64,000 nt of DNA, taken from positions 25,007 to 89,006 of the forward strand of contig JBAYGC010000003.1 of NCBI GenBank assembly GCA_041666845.1, read 5' to 3'. Position 1 is the first letter of the stretch; the number at the start of each line of letters is the position of its first letter. Under the pieces are notes generated by a model. It saw only the letters and a program-made list of their open reading frames with translations. It ran no database searches and was not told the DNA's origin. Shown one piece after another: positions 29,281 through 39,112 of this stretch. Source of the stretch: Patescibacteria group bacterium. Lineage in GTDB: Bacteria; Patescibacteriota; Patescibacteriia; UM-FILTER-42-10. A program made the position numbers and the translations under genes.

Positions 29281-31182
29281 TTATGTATTATAGGGGATTA
29301 TTGGTGGCTCGTATATTCTAGGAACCTTCTGCTTTAAATCACAATATTCGTTCACAAAGCCGTCACAGTCATCGTCGTATGGGGTGATGCATAATTCTCT
29401 GGCACCCGGGTTTACAGAACTCAAAGTATCGTCACAATCCGGTCCTAAAGTACAATCTGATCCATAACCGTCTAAATCATTGTCAACACAATGTTTTTCA
29501 TCAATCTGCCAATCACAATCATCGTCTAAATTATTATCTAATTCCGCAGCTCCCGGATAAACGTTAGCAGGATTTATGTAGTTACAGCTTAATGGCGCGA
29601 TTTTCCCTATGTTTATATCGTGATTTTCATCTATATCCACCCGCTTAAAATAAATATTACCCATCGAAACATAAGCAATAATGTCGAAGCCATCGCTGAT
29701 GTGCAACATTTCAGTGGCATACATATATGGGTCGGCAAGATCGATATTTCTCGATGCGGACCAACTTCCAGATTCAAGATCAGTCGTGTAGCTATATTTG
29801 ATCGAATCAACAGTCTGGTCTGGGCCGGAAGTCCAAACTAAATAGTAATAGTCATCTTTTTTGAAAATATGAGCCGACTCTGCCTTACCTCTGCCACCGG
29901 TAACACTTATCGGACCTAAATCTGTCCAGTCAATTAAATTACTTGATTTAGCTAAACCGATAACCATTTGATAAGTAAACGGGGTTGGCACAGTAGAATA
30001 AACCATATAGTAATATCCGTCATCATCCTTGAATACAAAGGGGTCTCTACATTGGTGACGCCAATCCCCTGATTCACCCCAGGCTGTCCAACTCAGATTA
30101 CAATCCCAGACACAACCATCACCAGTTGAATCATCACAATTATTGATCGGGTATCTGGTCCAAGTATTCAGATCTGAGGATGTCGCAATGCCGATTCTTT
30201 CCTTGTGCTCAGCCGGATCCGGAAGCGCATCAGTCACTCCGGTATAGAACATATAATACTTGTTGTCTTGATTATTATAAACAACTGATGGCGCCCAGAC
30301 ATGCTGATTATCCCAACCACCGCTAGTGGCAATGTTCAAAATCCCGGTTGCACTATTCCAATAATTCAGATTATTTCCTGATGCTTTTTGATAACCAAAG
30401 TCCATTGAATTAGCAGCGCAGGTTTGCCATAACGCACAACCAATCTCAGGGAATCTTATGTAATAACTATGTAAATAATTAGTCATACTATCATAATAAA
30501 TGGCAAAATCTTGAGCAAGATAACTTGGCGGGTTAAGCAAAAATGAGTTGTATGTCGAACAATATTCACCATTTAAAGAATTATAAAATTCTTTAGTATC
30601 ATTACAGTCCTGGCCAGGATCTGAATTATAACTTACAGGTAAACTGCCATTGGTACAAAGCTCAGAAGAGATATTAGTAGAAAAACCATCACCGTCCAAT
30701 TCGGAATAACCGATCATACTATACCAAGCAGAACTATCATAGTCATTACAGTCGTCGCCAATTTCTGCTGAATATCCAGAAGGCAAATCTTCACCAGAAC
30801 AAATATTTGTTAATAACTCAGTTGAAGAATAGTGACTGTCGCTATCTCTGTCCGGAAAACCAATCAAGATTCTCCAGATTTCTGGGTTAGCATCATCACA
30901 ATCATTACCATCATATAAACAACCATTGATTATGCCGCTATAAGGATATTCCCCGCGACCATCTCCATCCAGATCATCACACAAGACTGAAACTGACAAT
31001 TGCTCATTTAATATATTATTATCAGAAATACAGATATTAACTGCAGGGGTAGTCACATTTATTTCTGGATTTACAATTGCCAAAGCAAAGCCAGCAAAAT
31101 AAAAAATCGCCAACATCAAGGCGACAAAAACTGAAGTCCTCATCCATAAATTAATATAGTTTATATCTTTATATTTATTCAT
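29281..31182 (-). CDS. Secreted five-bladed beta-propeller glycoside hydrolase flanked by Cys/Asp-rich metal-binding repeats
   Basis: WAPSV, RDPFV, ESAH propeller motifs; DCDD..PGA.E..DDDCDG repeats. Confidence 0.75.
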   Translation of the reverse strand: MNKYKDINYINLWMRTSVFVALMLAIFYFAGFALAIVNPEINVTTPAVNICISDNNILNEQLSVSVLCDDLDGDGRGEYPYSGIINGCLYDGNDCDDANPEIWRILIGFPDRDSDSHYSSTELLTNICSGEDLPSGYSAEIGDDCNDYDSSAWYSMIGYSELDGDGFSTNISSELCTNGSLPVSYNSDPGQDCNDTKEFYNSLNGEYCSTYNSFLLNPPSYLAQDFAIYYDSMTNYLHSYYIRFPEIGCALWQTCAANSMDFGYQKASGNNLNYWNSATGILNIATSGGWDNQHVWAPSVVYNNQDNKYYMFYTGVTDALPDPAEHKERIGIATSSDLNTWTRYPINNCDDSTGDGCVWDCNLSWTAWGESGDWRHQCRDPFVFKDDDGYYYMVYSTVPTPFTYQMVIGLAKSSNLIDWTDLGPISVTGGRGKAESAHIFKKDDYYYLVWTSGPDQTVDSIKYSYTTDLESGSWSASRNIDLADPYMYATEMLHISDGFDIIAYVSMGNIYFKRVDIDENHDINIGKIAPLSCNYINPANVYPGAAELDNNLDDDCDWQIDEKHCVDNDLDGYGSDCTLGPDCDDTLSSVNPGARELCITPYDDDCDGFVNEYCDLKQKVPRIYEPPIIPYNT

Positions 31183-31248
31183 GTTAATAAACTGGCCAGA
31201 TTATTTTAATCAACATTATTTTTGAACCAGCACATTTTACAAATGCTC

Positions 31249-31322
31249 TGGCGGGGGTGGAAGGTATCGAACCCTCGTCTCAGGTTTTGGAGACCTACAT
31301 TCTACCATTGAACTACACCCCC
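31249..31322 (-). tRNA. tRNA-Trp(CCA)
   Basis: Full cloverleaf with encoded CCA. Confidence 0.97.
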
Positions 31323-31372
31323 ATTAGCCAAATTTTATTTTCTCTAAGTAACTGGGAAATGAAGTAATTCGG

Positions 31373-31413
31373 ATTCTACCATTGCCACCGCCTTCGGCGG
31401 AAACGACACCCCC
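31373..31413 (-). pseudogene. Copy of tRNA-Trp 5' end interrupted after nt 12
   Basis: GGGGGTGTCGTT[TCCGCCGAAGGCGGTGG]CAATGGTAGAAT. Confidence 0.8.
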
Positions 31414-31419
31414 AACATT

Positions 31420-31575
31420 CTATTTGGTTTCCTTATGGACAGTATGTTTTTTGCACCATTTGCAATGCTTCTTGATCTCAAGTCTTTCCTTAAGAGTTTT
31501 TTTGTTCTTTTTGGAATGATAATTAATGCGCTTGCATTCTGTACATTCCATTTTTATTAGATTATCTTGTGACAT
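31420..31575 (-). CDS. rpmG: 50S ribosomal protein L33 (absent from ORF track, 51 aa)
   Basis: Manual translation [51 protein letters not shown]. Confidence 0.95.
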   Translation of the reverse strand: MSQDNLIKMECTECKRINYHSKKNKKTLKERLEIKKHCKWCKKHTVHKETK

Positions 31576-31618
31576 CTGTATTTTCTAATATGATTAATTA
31601 ATTTATATATGAAGATCT

Positions 31619-31801
31619 ACCGAGCAAATCAGGAGCGCACCCAGGCAGTTGCGAAGCAAATGCATCGGGGAGCACAGATTTGCAAAGAATAATGGGGCCC
31701 CCAAAAAACGCACAGCGGTTTTTGGGGAAAGGGGCACAAATGCGGAAGGCGGAGTGAATGCAAATTTTGCATGCACGTAGCCTGAAGCATTTGATGACCC
31801 G
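31619..31801. repeat. tRNA-downstream structured repeat, copy A
   Basis: Core ~120 nt closely matches 32034-32151. Confidence 0.8.
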
Positions 31802-31876
31802 TGGAGCCGAGAAGAGGATTCGAACCCCCGACCTGCTGTTTACAAAACAGCTGCTCTACCACTGAGCTATCTCGGC
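31802..31876 (-). tRNA. tRNA-Thr(TGT)
   Basis: Full cloverleaf, anticodon TGT. Confidence 0.97.
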
Positions 31877-31888
31877 ATCATTGGCGGG

Positions 31889-31923
31889 CAAAACAGATGC
31901 TCTGCCAGCTGAACTAGGTGGTC
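31889..31923 (-). pseudogene. Degenerate tRNA-Thr 5' half
   Basis: GACCACCTAGTTCAGCTGGCAGAGCATCTGTTTTG resembles both neighbouring Thr tRNAs. Confidence 0.65.
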
Positions 31924-31924
31924 A

Positions 31925-32010
31925 TGGTGGGCCGGGAGGGATTCGAACCCCCGAAGGCTAAAGCCAACAGATTTACAGTCTGTCCCGTTTGACCGCTTCG
32001 GTACCGACCC
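31925..32010 (-). tRNA. tRNA-Tyr(GTA)
   Basis: Cloverleaf with long variable arm, anticodon GTA. Confidence 0.97.
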
Positions 32011-32033
32011 ATGCATAGTTTTAACGAACCCAA

Positions 32034-32174
32034 ACCGAGCAAATCAGGGGCACACCCGGGCAGTTGCGAAGCAACTGCATCGGGGAGCACGGATTTCAAA
32101 ACAATAATGGAGCCCCCAAAAATCGCACAGCGGTTTTTGGGGAAAGGGGCATCCCGCTGAGCGGGAATGACCCG
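32034..32174. repeat. tRNA-downstream structured repeat, copy B
   Basis: ACCGAGCAAATCAGG..AAAGGGGCA..TGACCCG abutting the tRNA CCA. Confidence 0.8.
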
Positions 32175-32250
32175 TGGAGCCCACCATCGGATTTGAACCG
32201 ATGACCTTTCCCTTACCATGGGAGTGCTCTACCAGCTGAGCTAGGTGGGC
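32175..32250 (-). tRNA. tRNA-Thr(GGT)
   Basis: Full cloverleaf, anticodon GGT. Confidence 0.96.
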
Positions 32251-32258
32251 ATGATATT

Positions 32259-33047
32259 TTAAATATGCATTTCCGAAATCTGCTTTTCCATCTCAGCCAG
32301 TTTCTGATTCTCGGGATTTACTCGTTTAAGCGTTCTAAAAGTCTCCTGAGCAGTGTATTTGTCTTTAGAGAGTATACTGATTTCAATCAAATAGTCAAGA
32401 TACTTGGGATTATTGGGATCCAGTTTGACCGCCTTTTTCACATACATTTTTGCTTTCTCCAAATCCCCTATTTCTTTATATACCATACCCAGGTCATGAT
32501 GCGTCAGACTGTTTTTTTCATCTAGCTTCAGCGCGTGTTGCAGAGCTTCAATCGCATGCTCATAATCCTTCTGCCCAGTATAAGTCTTACCCAGATTATC
32601 ATACGCAGAAATATTCATATGATCCATGCTGATTACCTGGATAAATTTCTTTTCAGCCTGGGCATATTCCTCTTCTTTGATCAATTTTTCTCCTTCTGAC
32701 ATCAGTACCAGCACTTTTTGCTGGTTAGTCGCCGATTTGTCGCTTTTTGACTGAGATTTTTCCTGATAATTTTTTTCCAGCTCGAGTGCTTTACGGTAGA
32801 TAAACCGGAAGAAACTACCTATGATTTTGATTAACGGTCTTACCACAATCATTATTTTATCGCGCAGCCACTCAAATTTTCTGCGCAACCGCATTTCAAT
32901 GATATCATCCTTCTTTTGATCCAATCGCTCCTGTGGAACAGTATCCACGTCAATCGTCGCCAGAATAGAGAACTTCTTAAAAATAATCACCAATAACACT
33001 ACTGAACTTACTACCACGAGAACAAGTGCTGTAATGTCTAAAATCAT
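32259..33047 (-). CDS. Membrane-anchored TPR protein
   Basis: N-terminal TM; repeats AYDNLG..A..AL.LD. Confidence 0.85.
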   Translation of the reverse strand: MILDITALVLVVVSSVVLLVIIFKKFSILATIDVDTVPQERLDQKKDDIIEMRLRRKFEWLRDKIMIVVRPLIKIIGSFFRFIYRKALELEKNYQEKSQSKSDKSATNQQKVLVLMSEGEKLIKEEEYAQAEKKFIQVISMDHMNISAYDNLGKTYTGQKDYEHAIEALQHALKLDEKNSLTHHDLGMVYKEIGDLEKAKMYVKKAVKLDPNNPKYLDYLIEISILSKDKYTAQETFRTLKRVNPENQKLAEMEKQISEMHI

Positions 33048-33064
33048 TCTGGTTTAGTGACTTT

Positions 33065-33862
33065 TTAAATCGAGTACCTAATGAATTTCTCTATTACTAT
33101 CTCCTCGCCTGATTTAGCGCTTTCTTTTATCAAATCTTCAATCGTCTTCTTTTCATCTTGAAAAAAATGTTGTTTTAACAGGCACACTTCTGAATAATAC
33201 TTGTTCATTTTTCCTTCAACAATCTTTGCCATAACATTCTCAGGTTTATTTTCACCGGCAAGTTGTTCTTTGTAGATTTCCATCTCTTTTTGTTTCTCAT
33301 CTTCGGGAACATCGTTCGGAGAAAGATAAGGAGGATTCATTGCCGCAACCTGCATTGCGATACTGTGAGCTAGTTGTTCATCACCACTGGATAGAACAAT
33401 AATACTGGCAACCTTTTTGTTGATATGTAAGTAGCTATCTATTACATTACCTTCAATAATCTCAAATTTACCAAGCTGTAAATTCTCACCGACTTTAACG
33501 ATCAGGTTGTTTCTAATTTCATCCATCGCCCAGGATTCAAAGGAAGCTAAATCTGTGGTTAACAATTTTTTCGCCAGTGCATCAGCAGCAGCAATAAAGT
33601 CAGCATTGCGGGCTACAAAATCCGTCTCACAATACAGTTCAACAACGGCTATTTTATTTCCTTCGCGGGAAAATGCGATAACACCTTCTTTGGCCTCCCT
33701 GTCCTGTTTTTTTATCGATATCTTATCACCTTTTTTTCTTAGAAGTTCTATTGCCTTCTCCATATCCCCTTCCGCTTCTTTCAGCACTTCCTTTGCATCC
33801 ATAATTCCGGCACCGGTTTTTTCTCTTAGTTCTTTAATAAGTTCTAATGTTACTTCTGCCAT
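33065..33862 (-). CDS. tsf: Elongation factor Ts
   Basis: IKELREKTGAGIMD, CETDFVA. Confidence 0.98.
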   Translation of the reverse strand: MAEVTLELIKELREKTGAGIMDAKEVLKEAEGDMEKAIELLRKKGDKISIKKQDREAKEGVIAFSREGNKIAVVELYCETDFVARNADFIAAADALAKKLLTTDLASFESWAMDEIRNNLIVKVGENLQLGKFEIIEGNVIDSYLHINKKVASIIVLSSGDEQLAHSIAMQVAAMNPPYLSPNDVPEDEKQKEMEIYKEQLAGENKPENVMAKIVEGKMNKYYSEVCLLKQHFFQDEKKTIEDLIKESAKSGEEIVIEKFIRYSI

Positions 33863-33893
33863 TATTTTGATTATTCAATATTAATTTCATTTA

Positions 33894-34634
33894 CTATTTC
33901 TTCGCCACAGGAATTGGCTTTGATGCTTTTTCCGCTACCGCGCCTTTTTCTCTCATCGTTTTACCCTCTGCGACTGCTTCGGCAATTAGACTGGTAATCA
34001 GTTCGATTGACTTGGTCGCATCGTCATTTCCCGGTATCGGATATTTGATGATGGAAGGATTAGTATTCGTATCGGTAATCGCGATTAAAGGAATTTTTTT
34101 CTTGATTGATTCTTTTACCGCTGTTTTCTCATCTTTAATATCTATAACATACACTGCTGACGGCAAAACATTCATATTCTTCATTCCTCCGACTAATTTC
34201 TCCAGTTTTTCAATTTCTTTGGTAAAATCCAGTTTCTCTTTCTTTGTGTATTTATCCAATTCACCTGATGCAGCCTGCCCTTCAAGCTTGATCAGTCTTT
34301 TTTGCAATTTGGAAACGTTGGCAAAGTTGGTAAACAAACCACCCAACCACCGCTCAGTAATAAAAGGCATGCCAACCGCTTGGGCATGTCTCTTTACAAT
34401 TTCTTTGGCCTGGCGTTTTGTTCCGACAAACAGGATGCTACCACCCTTCATAACTGTGTTGCGGACATACTCCCGAGCAATATTCAGGTGCTCAAGTGTC
34501 TTTTCCAGGTTAATAATATGCACCCCGTTTCGGACCGTGAAAATGTACGGTTCCATCTTGGGATGCCGACGCGACTTCTGATGCCCAAAATGGACACCAT
34601 TCTTGAGTAATTCAAGTACTTCTACCTCTTTCAT
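33894..34634 (-). CDS. rpsB: 30S ribosomal protein S2
   Basis: GVHFGH, FVGTK, RWLGG, PGNDD; start at MKEVEV. Confidence 0.98.
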   Translation of the reverse strand: MKEVEVLELLKNGVHFGHQKSRRHPKMEPYIFTVRNGVHIINLEKTLEHLNIAREYVRNTVMKGGSILFVGTKRQAKEIVKRHAQAVGMPFITERWLGGLFTNFANVSKLQKRLIKLEGQAASGELDKYTKKEKLDFTKEIEKLEKLVGGMKNMNVLPSAVYVIDIKDEKTAVKESIKKKIPLIAITDTNTNPSIIKYPIPGNDDATKSIELITSLIAEAVAEGKTMREKGAVAEKASKPIPVAKK

Positions 34635-34647
34635 CGTATTTGCCTTT

Positions 34648-34770
34648 CTTTCCTCTACTCTTCCATATTCTAGGCCTATAAATCCGTCCTGCGTATGCCT
34701 GACGGACAAGGGTAGGCTTAGGGCTAAAACGGCCAAATTCAGCTGTTTTAGGCCAAAAAGAGTATGTGAG
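34648..34770 (-). promoter_or_regulatory. rpsB leader RNA (t44-like)
   Basis: CACAUACUCUU..GGCCUA..UAGGCC..AAUAUGGAAGAGUAGAGG nested stems directly upstream of rpsB. Confidence 0.65.
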
Positions 34771-34922
34771 ATTACTTATTAATAAAGCGTAACAATAATA
34801 GCCTAAAAGCCCAAATAAAGCAAGTCATAGCACTTTTATAAAGCAAATGACCCGATATTTGCATAATATCAGGGTTTCTGGTAGGATAAAGCCGAGTTTA
34901 AGTAAATATCTATTAAAAAACA

Positions 34923-35204
34923 ATGAAAAAAGAAGGTCATCCGAAATACTATCCTGACGCAACTGTGACATGCGCATGTGGTAATACATTCACCGCCGGT
35001 TCAACCGTAAAGGAAATTAAGGTGGAAATTTGTGCTTCCTGCCATCCGTTTTATACCGGAAAGCAGAAGTTTATCGATACTGCGCGCAGAGTTGACCGTT
35101 TCAAACGTATTCAGGAAAAATCTGACGCTTTGAAAGCAAAAGCGCCCAAGAAAAAAGTTAAGGCAAAGAAAAAAAATACAGCGGAAAAACGGGATAAAAA
35201 ATAA
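34923..35204 (+). CDS. rpmE: 50S ribosomal protein L31
   Basis: [20 protein letters not shown]. Confidence 0.97.
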   Translation: MKKEGHPKYYPDATVTCACGNTFTAGSTVKEIKVEICASCHPFYTGKQKFIDTARRVDRFKRIQEKSDALKAKAPKKKVKAKKKNTAEKRDKK

Positions 35205-35268
35205 CTACTTTAACTTGCTCCCTATTTATTATTATTAAGAATAGGGAGCATTTTATTTAAAATTTAAA

Positions 35269-36339
35269 ATGGAAGAAAAAATCAAACAACTTACCGACCG
35301 TTTCGACGAATTAGAGCGGACCTTACAGGATCCGAATCTTGCTAATGACAATAATAAGTTGCAGTCGGTTGCCAAGGAATATAATGATTTAAAAGATACA
35401 ATTATCTTAACCAGAAAACTGAAGGAACTGCAAAAAGCTTACGAGGAAAACGAGGAGTTGATTAAAAATAACGACGAGCCGGAACTACTGCAGATCGCCG
35501 AAGAAGAGCGTTTGGAATTAAAGAAACAACTTGATGAAATAGAAAAGGAGCTTTCACTGGCGCTGCTGCCGAAAGATCCGATGGACGAAAAAGATATTAT
35601 TGTGGAAATCAGAGCCGGCGCCGGCGGTGATGAAGCTGCGCTGTTTGCCGGTGATCTATTCAGAATGTATTCGCGCTATGCTGAGAGAAAAGGATTCAAA
35701 ACACAGCTGATGAACGCCAACCGCAATGAAATCGGCGGGTTTAAGGAAATTGTATTTGAAATTATCGGTTCGCACGTTTACAGCGACCTGAAATATGAAA
35801 GCGGCGTACATCGAGTGCAGCGCATACCGGATACTGAAAAGAACGGTCGGGTACACACCTCAACCGCCACAGTCGCAATCCTGCCTGAGGCGGAAGATGT
35901 TGATATCGAAATCAAACCGGAAGATTTGCGCATCGATGTTTACCGATCATCCGGTAACGGCGGTCAGAGCGTTAACACTACCGATTCCGCAGTCCGCATC
36001 ACGCACATTCCTACCGACACAGTAGTTACCTGTCAGGATGAAAAATCGCAGATCAAAAATAAGGACAAGGCAATGAAAGTCTTAAGAGCCCGTTTGTTAA
36101 AAGTGAAAGAAGATGCGGAAAGCAAAAAACGCGGCGATGCAAGGCGGTCGCAAATCGGTAGCGGTGACCGGGCGGAAAAAATAAGAACATATAATATCCC
36201 CCAGGATCGGATTACCGACCACCGCATCAAACAGAGCTGGCATGAGATCAACTCCATACTTGACGGCGACATTGCTGAAATAATCGAAAGTTTGAGAAAC
36301 GAAGATCATAAAAGACTGCTGGAACATGCAAATAATTAA
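35269..36339 (+). CDS. prfA: Peptide chain release factor 1
   Basis: GGQ motif, PDT specificity loop. Confidence 0.98.
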   Translation: MEEKIKQLTDRFDELERTLQDPNLANDNNKLQSVAKEYNDLKDTIILTRKLKELQKAYEENEELIKNNDEPELLQIAEEERLELKKQLDEIEKELSLALLPKDPMDEKDIIVEIRAGAGGDEAALFAGDLFRMYSRYAERKGFKTQLMNANRNEIGGFKEIVFEIIGSHVYSDLKYESGVHRVQRIPDTEKNGRVHTSTATVAILPEAEDVDIEIKPEDLRIDVYRSSGNGGQSVNTTDSAVRITHIPTDTVVTCQDEKSQIKNKDKAMKVLRARLLKVKEDAESKKRGDARRSQIGSGDRAEKIRTYNIPQDRITDHRIKQSWHEINSILDGDIAEIIESLRNEDHKRLLEHANN

Positions 36340-37156
36340 CTGGCAAAGAGAAGCTACTCAAGAATTAGTAAATCATTCCATTACTTCTGCCACGCTTGAT
36401 GCAGAAGTTTTGTTATCATTTGTATTAAAAAAGCCTAAAGAATATATTTTAAGCCATCCGGAAATCATTCTGACACAAAAACAGCAGACGACTTTGGACA
36501 AGTTAATCAAAAGAAGAACCGAATTAGAACCGGTTGCCTATCTGACGAATAATAAAGAATTTTACGGTTTAGATTTTTATGTGGATAAAAATGTATTAAT
36601 CCCCCGCCCGGAGACAGAACTACTGGTAGAAACAGTACTAAAAGAAATAAAAAATGATTTAACAATTACAATAGCGGATATTGGGACCGGATCCGGCTGT
36701 ATCGCCATCGCTATCGCAAAAAATCTTCCGCAAGCAAAAATAATCGCTGTAGATATTTCAAACCCCGCGCTGACTGTAGCCAAGAAAAACGCAAAAAAAT
36801 ACGGCGTGAAGAAACAAATCCGCTTTGTGTGCGGAGATTTATTAAAAAAACTGAACGATCCGGTAGATATTATTATCGCAAATCTTCCATACGTACCAAA
36901 AAACGAAGCAAAAAAAGAAATATCTTTTGAGCCAAAAGAAGCTTTGTTCGGCGAAAATGACGGAATGGAGTTTTTGGAAAAAATAATCACACAGTCAAAA
37001 ACCAAGCTAAATGAAAACGGTGTGATACTACTTGAAATTCACCCGCCTCAAGCGGATAAAATAAGTTCATTTGCCAGGAATACATTTCCAGATGCAGATA
37101 TTATTATACTAAAAGATCTGGCCAATAAAGAAAGGATCCTATCAATTAAATTGTAG
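36326..37156 (+). CDS. prmC: Release factor glutamine methyltransferase
   Basis: [22 protein letters not shown]. Confidence 0.96.
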   Translation: MQIINWQREATQELVNHSITSATLDAEVLLSFVLKKPKEYILSHPEIILTQKQQTTLDKLIKRRTELEPVAYLTNNKEFYGLDFYVDKNVLIPRPETELLVETVLKEIKNDLTITIADIGTGSGCIAIAIAKNLPQAKIIAVDISNPALTVAKKNAKKYGVKKQIRFVCGDLLKKLNDPVDIIIANLPYVPKNEAKKEISFEPKEALFGENDGMEFLEKIITQSKTKLNENGVILLEIHPPQADKISSFARNTFPDADIIILKDLANKERILSIKL

Positions 37157-37186
37157 AATCCTTTCGCCTATTTTCTTTACAAATAT

Positions 37187-38455
37187 TTATTCGGTAGTAT
37201 ATTCCTGCGTGCTGGGAATAATGTGAATCCAGGTACTACCCCGACCCAGATCAATCTCCTGACCATTTGAGTCAAAATATCTTGTTTTAGTCGTCCGGTC
37301 GGGCTTCTTCCAAGTACCCTCAATCACTTCCCCGTGGCGGGCAACCAGCGCACGTCCTTCGCCCTGTATATCAAAAGTTAATCTGCCTTTTTCACCGATT
37401 GAAACCACCGGCGGAATCTCCACTACAATAACATTCTTTGCACGGATTTGTTGATCAGTGTTCCGGTCTTTATGTGCCACCCCTGCATTAAAACGCAAAT
37501 ACTCATCAGTCTCCCGATCATATTGATATTCCACTTCATAATTATATCCTGAAAAACGGATAATAACTTTTTTTGCGTCAACCGGACGGTCTGCAAGTTC
37601 CGGATCACTACTATAGATACCTAATTCAAATTGTGGCTGCTCTGTTTCAAGTCCTAAATCCCTTAATGCGTATCCCAATAATTCTTTTGAAGTGTACAGG
37701 TTATGCGGAGCCGACTGGGTGTTGTCCCGCCAAAAATATTGACCCTTCCGTAATGCATCCAAATCTCTGAGTCCTAAGCCTTGGATTGCTCCCAGAGCCT
37801 CCGGACTACCACCAGCATGTGTATAGAGCCCGTTGTATTCTGATATCCATTCCAAATAATACGGCCGTGCGGAACGCACCGGTCCTATTTTATCCGGCAG
37901 TTCTTTCGGATCAAACACAACTAAAAATCGGGTAGAGAAACCTTCTACCAGCGCTTCGTAAACAACCTGCGCCTTGGAAAGCCCGGACTGCGGACGAACG
38001 GAAGGGAGATTTTCAATCATCACCCCGACCGGCAGTAAAGAAGAATCTTCGTTAGCTACTATTCTTCCGTCGATTAATCTTGCTTTAGTTAAAGACGCCT
38101 CTTCCGTGCTTTTATTGGTATTCACAACACTGGAATTAGCGTCACCAGATGTAAAAATATCTTTGACTTCACCCGCCATGGCACTGATTAAAATCCAGCT
38201 GACAACCGCTCCGACTAACAGAAACATTCCGATAACTAACACGGGTTTTTTACTGAATAAATTCTTTAACGGATTATTACTGTTTGTATTCTTTTTTTCA
38301 GCAGTTTTGTCTTCTCTTCCAGAATCGTCAGCTTTTTTCTCAACCTCTTTTTTACTTTCAACTTTTACGTCATTTTTCTTGTCTACATCTTCCGGAATAT
38401 TCTGTTGCTTCTCCTGATCGTTATTTTTTTTATTTTTCTTTTTTGTCTTACTCAT
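37187..38455 (-). CDS. DUF3048 (YerB-like) membrane-anchored protein, paralog 1
   Basis: VMIEN..RPQSGL, IGPVRSAR, HAGGS, APHNLY. Confidence 0.88.
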   Translation of the reverse strand: MSKTKKKNKKNNDQEKQQNIPEDVDKKNDVKVESKKEVEKKADDSGREDKTAEKKNTNSNNPLKNLFSKKPVLVIGMFLLVGAVVSWILISAMAGEVKDIFTSGDANSSVVNTNKSTEEASLTKARLIDGRIVANEDSSLLPVGVMIENLPSVRPQSGLSKAQVVYEALVEGFSTRFLVVFDPKELPDKIGPVRSARPYYLEWISEYNGLYTHAGGSPEALGAIQGLGLRDLDALRKGQYFWRDNTQSAPHNLYTSKELLGYALRDLGLETEQPQFELGIYSSDPELADRPVDAKKVIIRFSGYNYEVEYQYDRETDEYLRFNAGVAHKDRNTDQQIRAKNVIVVEIPPVVSIGEKGRLTFDIQGEGRALVARHGEVIEGTWKKPDRTTKTRYFDSNGQEIDLGRGSTWIHIIPSTQEYTTE

Positions 38456-38544
38456 TTTTTATTATGATAAATATTACAGAACGCTAGCTAAGCATAATAG
38501 AACTTAAGGTCTGAAGCAATTTCCTTAGCTTGCAAAGTTTATGA

Positions 38545-39096
38545 TTACAGAGGCAACATGTCACCCTGATGATAACATATAAACTGCTGTGGCAGTCCTA
38601 ATCCAACTAGAATTGGGCAATCATTTTTCCCGCTGGCTGCATTTCCTTCAAGGTATGAAATTAAATAATAGCCTTTGAGCGCACTACCTGATGGATAAGA
38701 TATGGAAGTATAACCGTAACATAAAAGCGGGGTCATTCTATATAGTGGATCGTTTGGAGTTGTTGCCATAATCCCTGTTTGCGTCAATGGAGATAAAAAA
38801 ACGTCCTTACTGCCACCCTCCAAACAACTGAGATCCCAATTGAATCCGTATATATTTGTTATATCCTCTTCCCCATAGCCCGTTGCCGTAGAATTATCCG
38901 GATATCTGCCATACCGATCATAATATATCTCTAAAGCATTTGCTATTTGCGAAAGATCAGCTTTACGTTTCACATTTCTGGCATCGGTTCGCGCGCTATT
39001 CAAAGCAACCACCGCGATTGTTGCCAGCAGACCGATTATGGCAATGACAACCAACAGCTCAATTAATGTGAAGCCATTGGGGTGTTTTGATTTCAT
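38545..39096 (-). CDS. Type IV pilin / pseudopilin
   Basis: GFTLIELLVVIAII prepilin cleavage motif. Confidence 0.92.
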   Translation of the reverse strand: MKSKHPNGFTLIELLVVIAIIGLLATIAVVALNSARTDARNVKRKADLSQIANALEIYYDRYGRYPDNSTATGYGEEDITNIYGFNWDLSCLEGGSKDVFLSPLTQTGIMATTPNDPLYRMTPLLCYGYTSISYPSGSALKGYYLISYLEGNAASGKNDCPILVGLGLPQQFICYHQGDMLPL

Positions 39097-39112
39097 CAAA
39101 GTAGAATAAAAT

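Noticed and set aside
23569-31200. Prophage or ICE at tRNA-Trp
   Set aside because: No integrase, phage or conjugation genes, and no duplicated tRNA 3' end found
31619-32219. Possible CRISPR array, and ORFs 31629-31862 and 31914-32219
   Set aside because: Repeats are long, few and separated by tRNAs, with no cas genes; the ORFs overlap tRNAs
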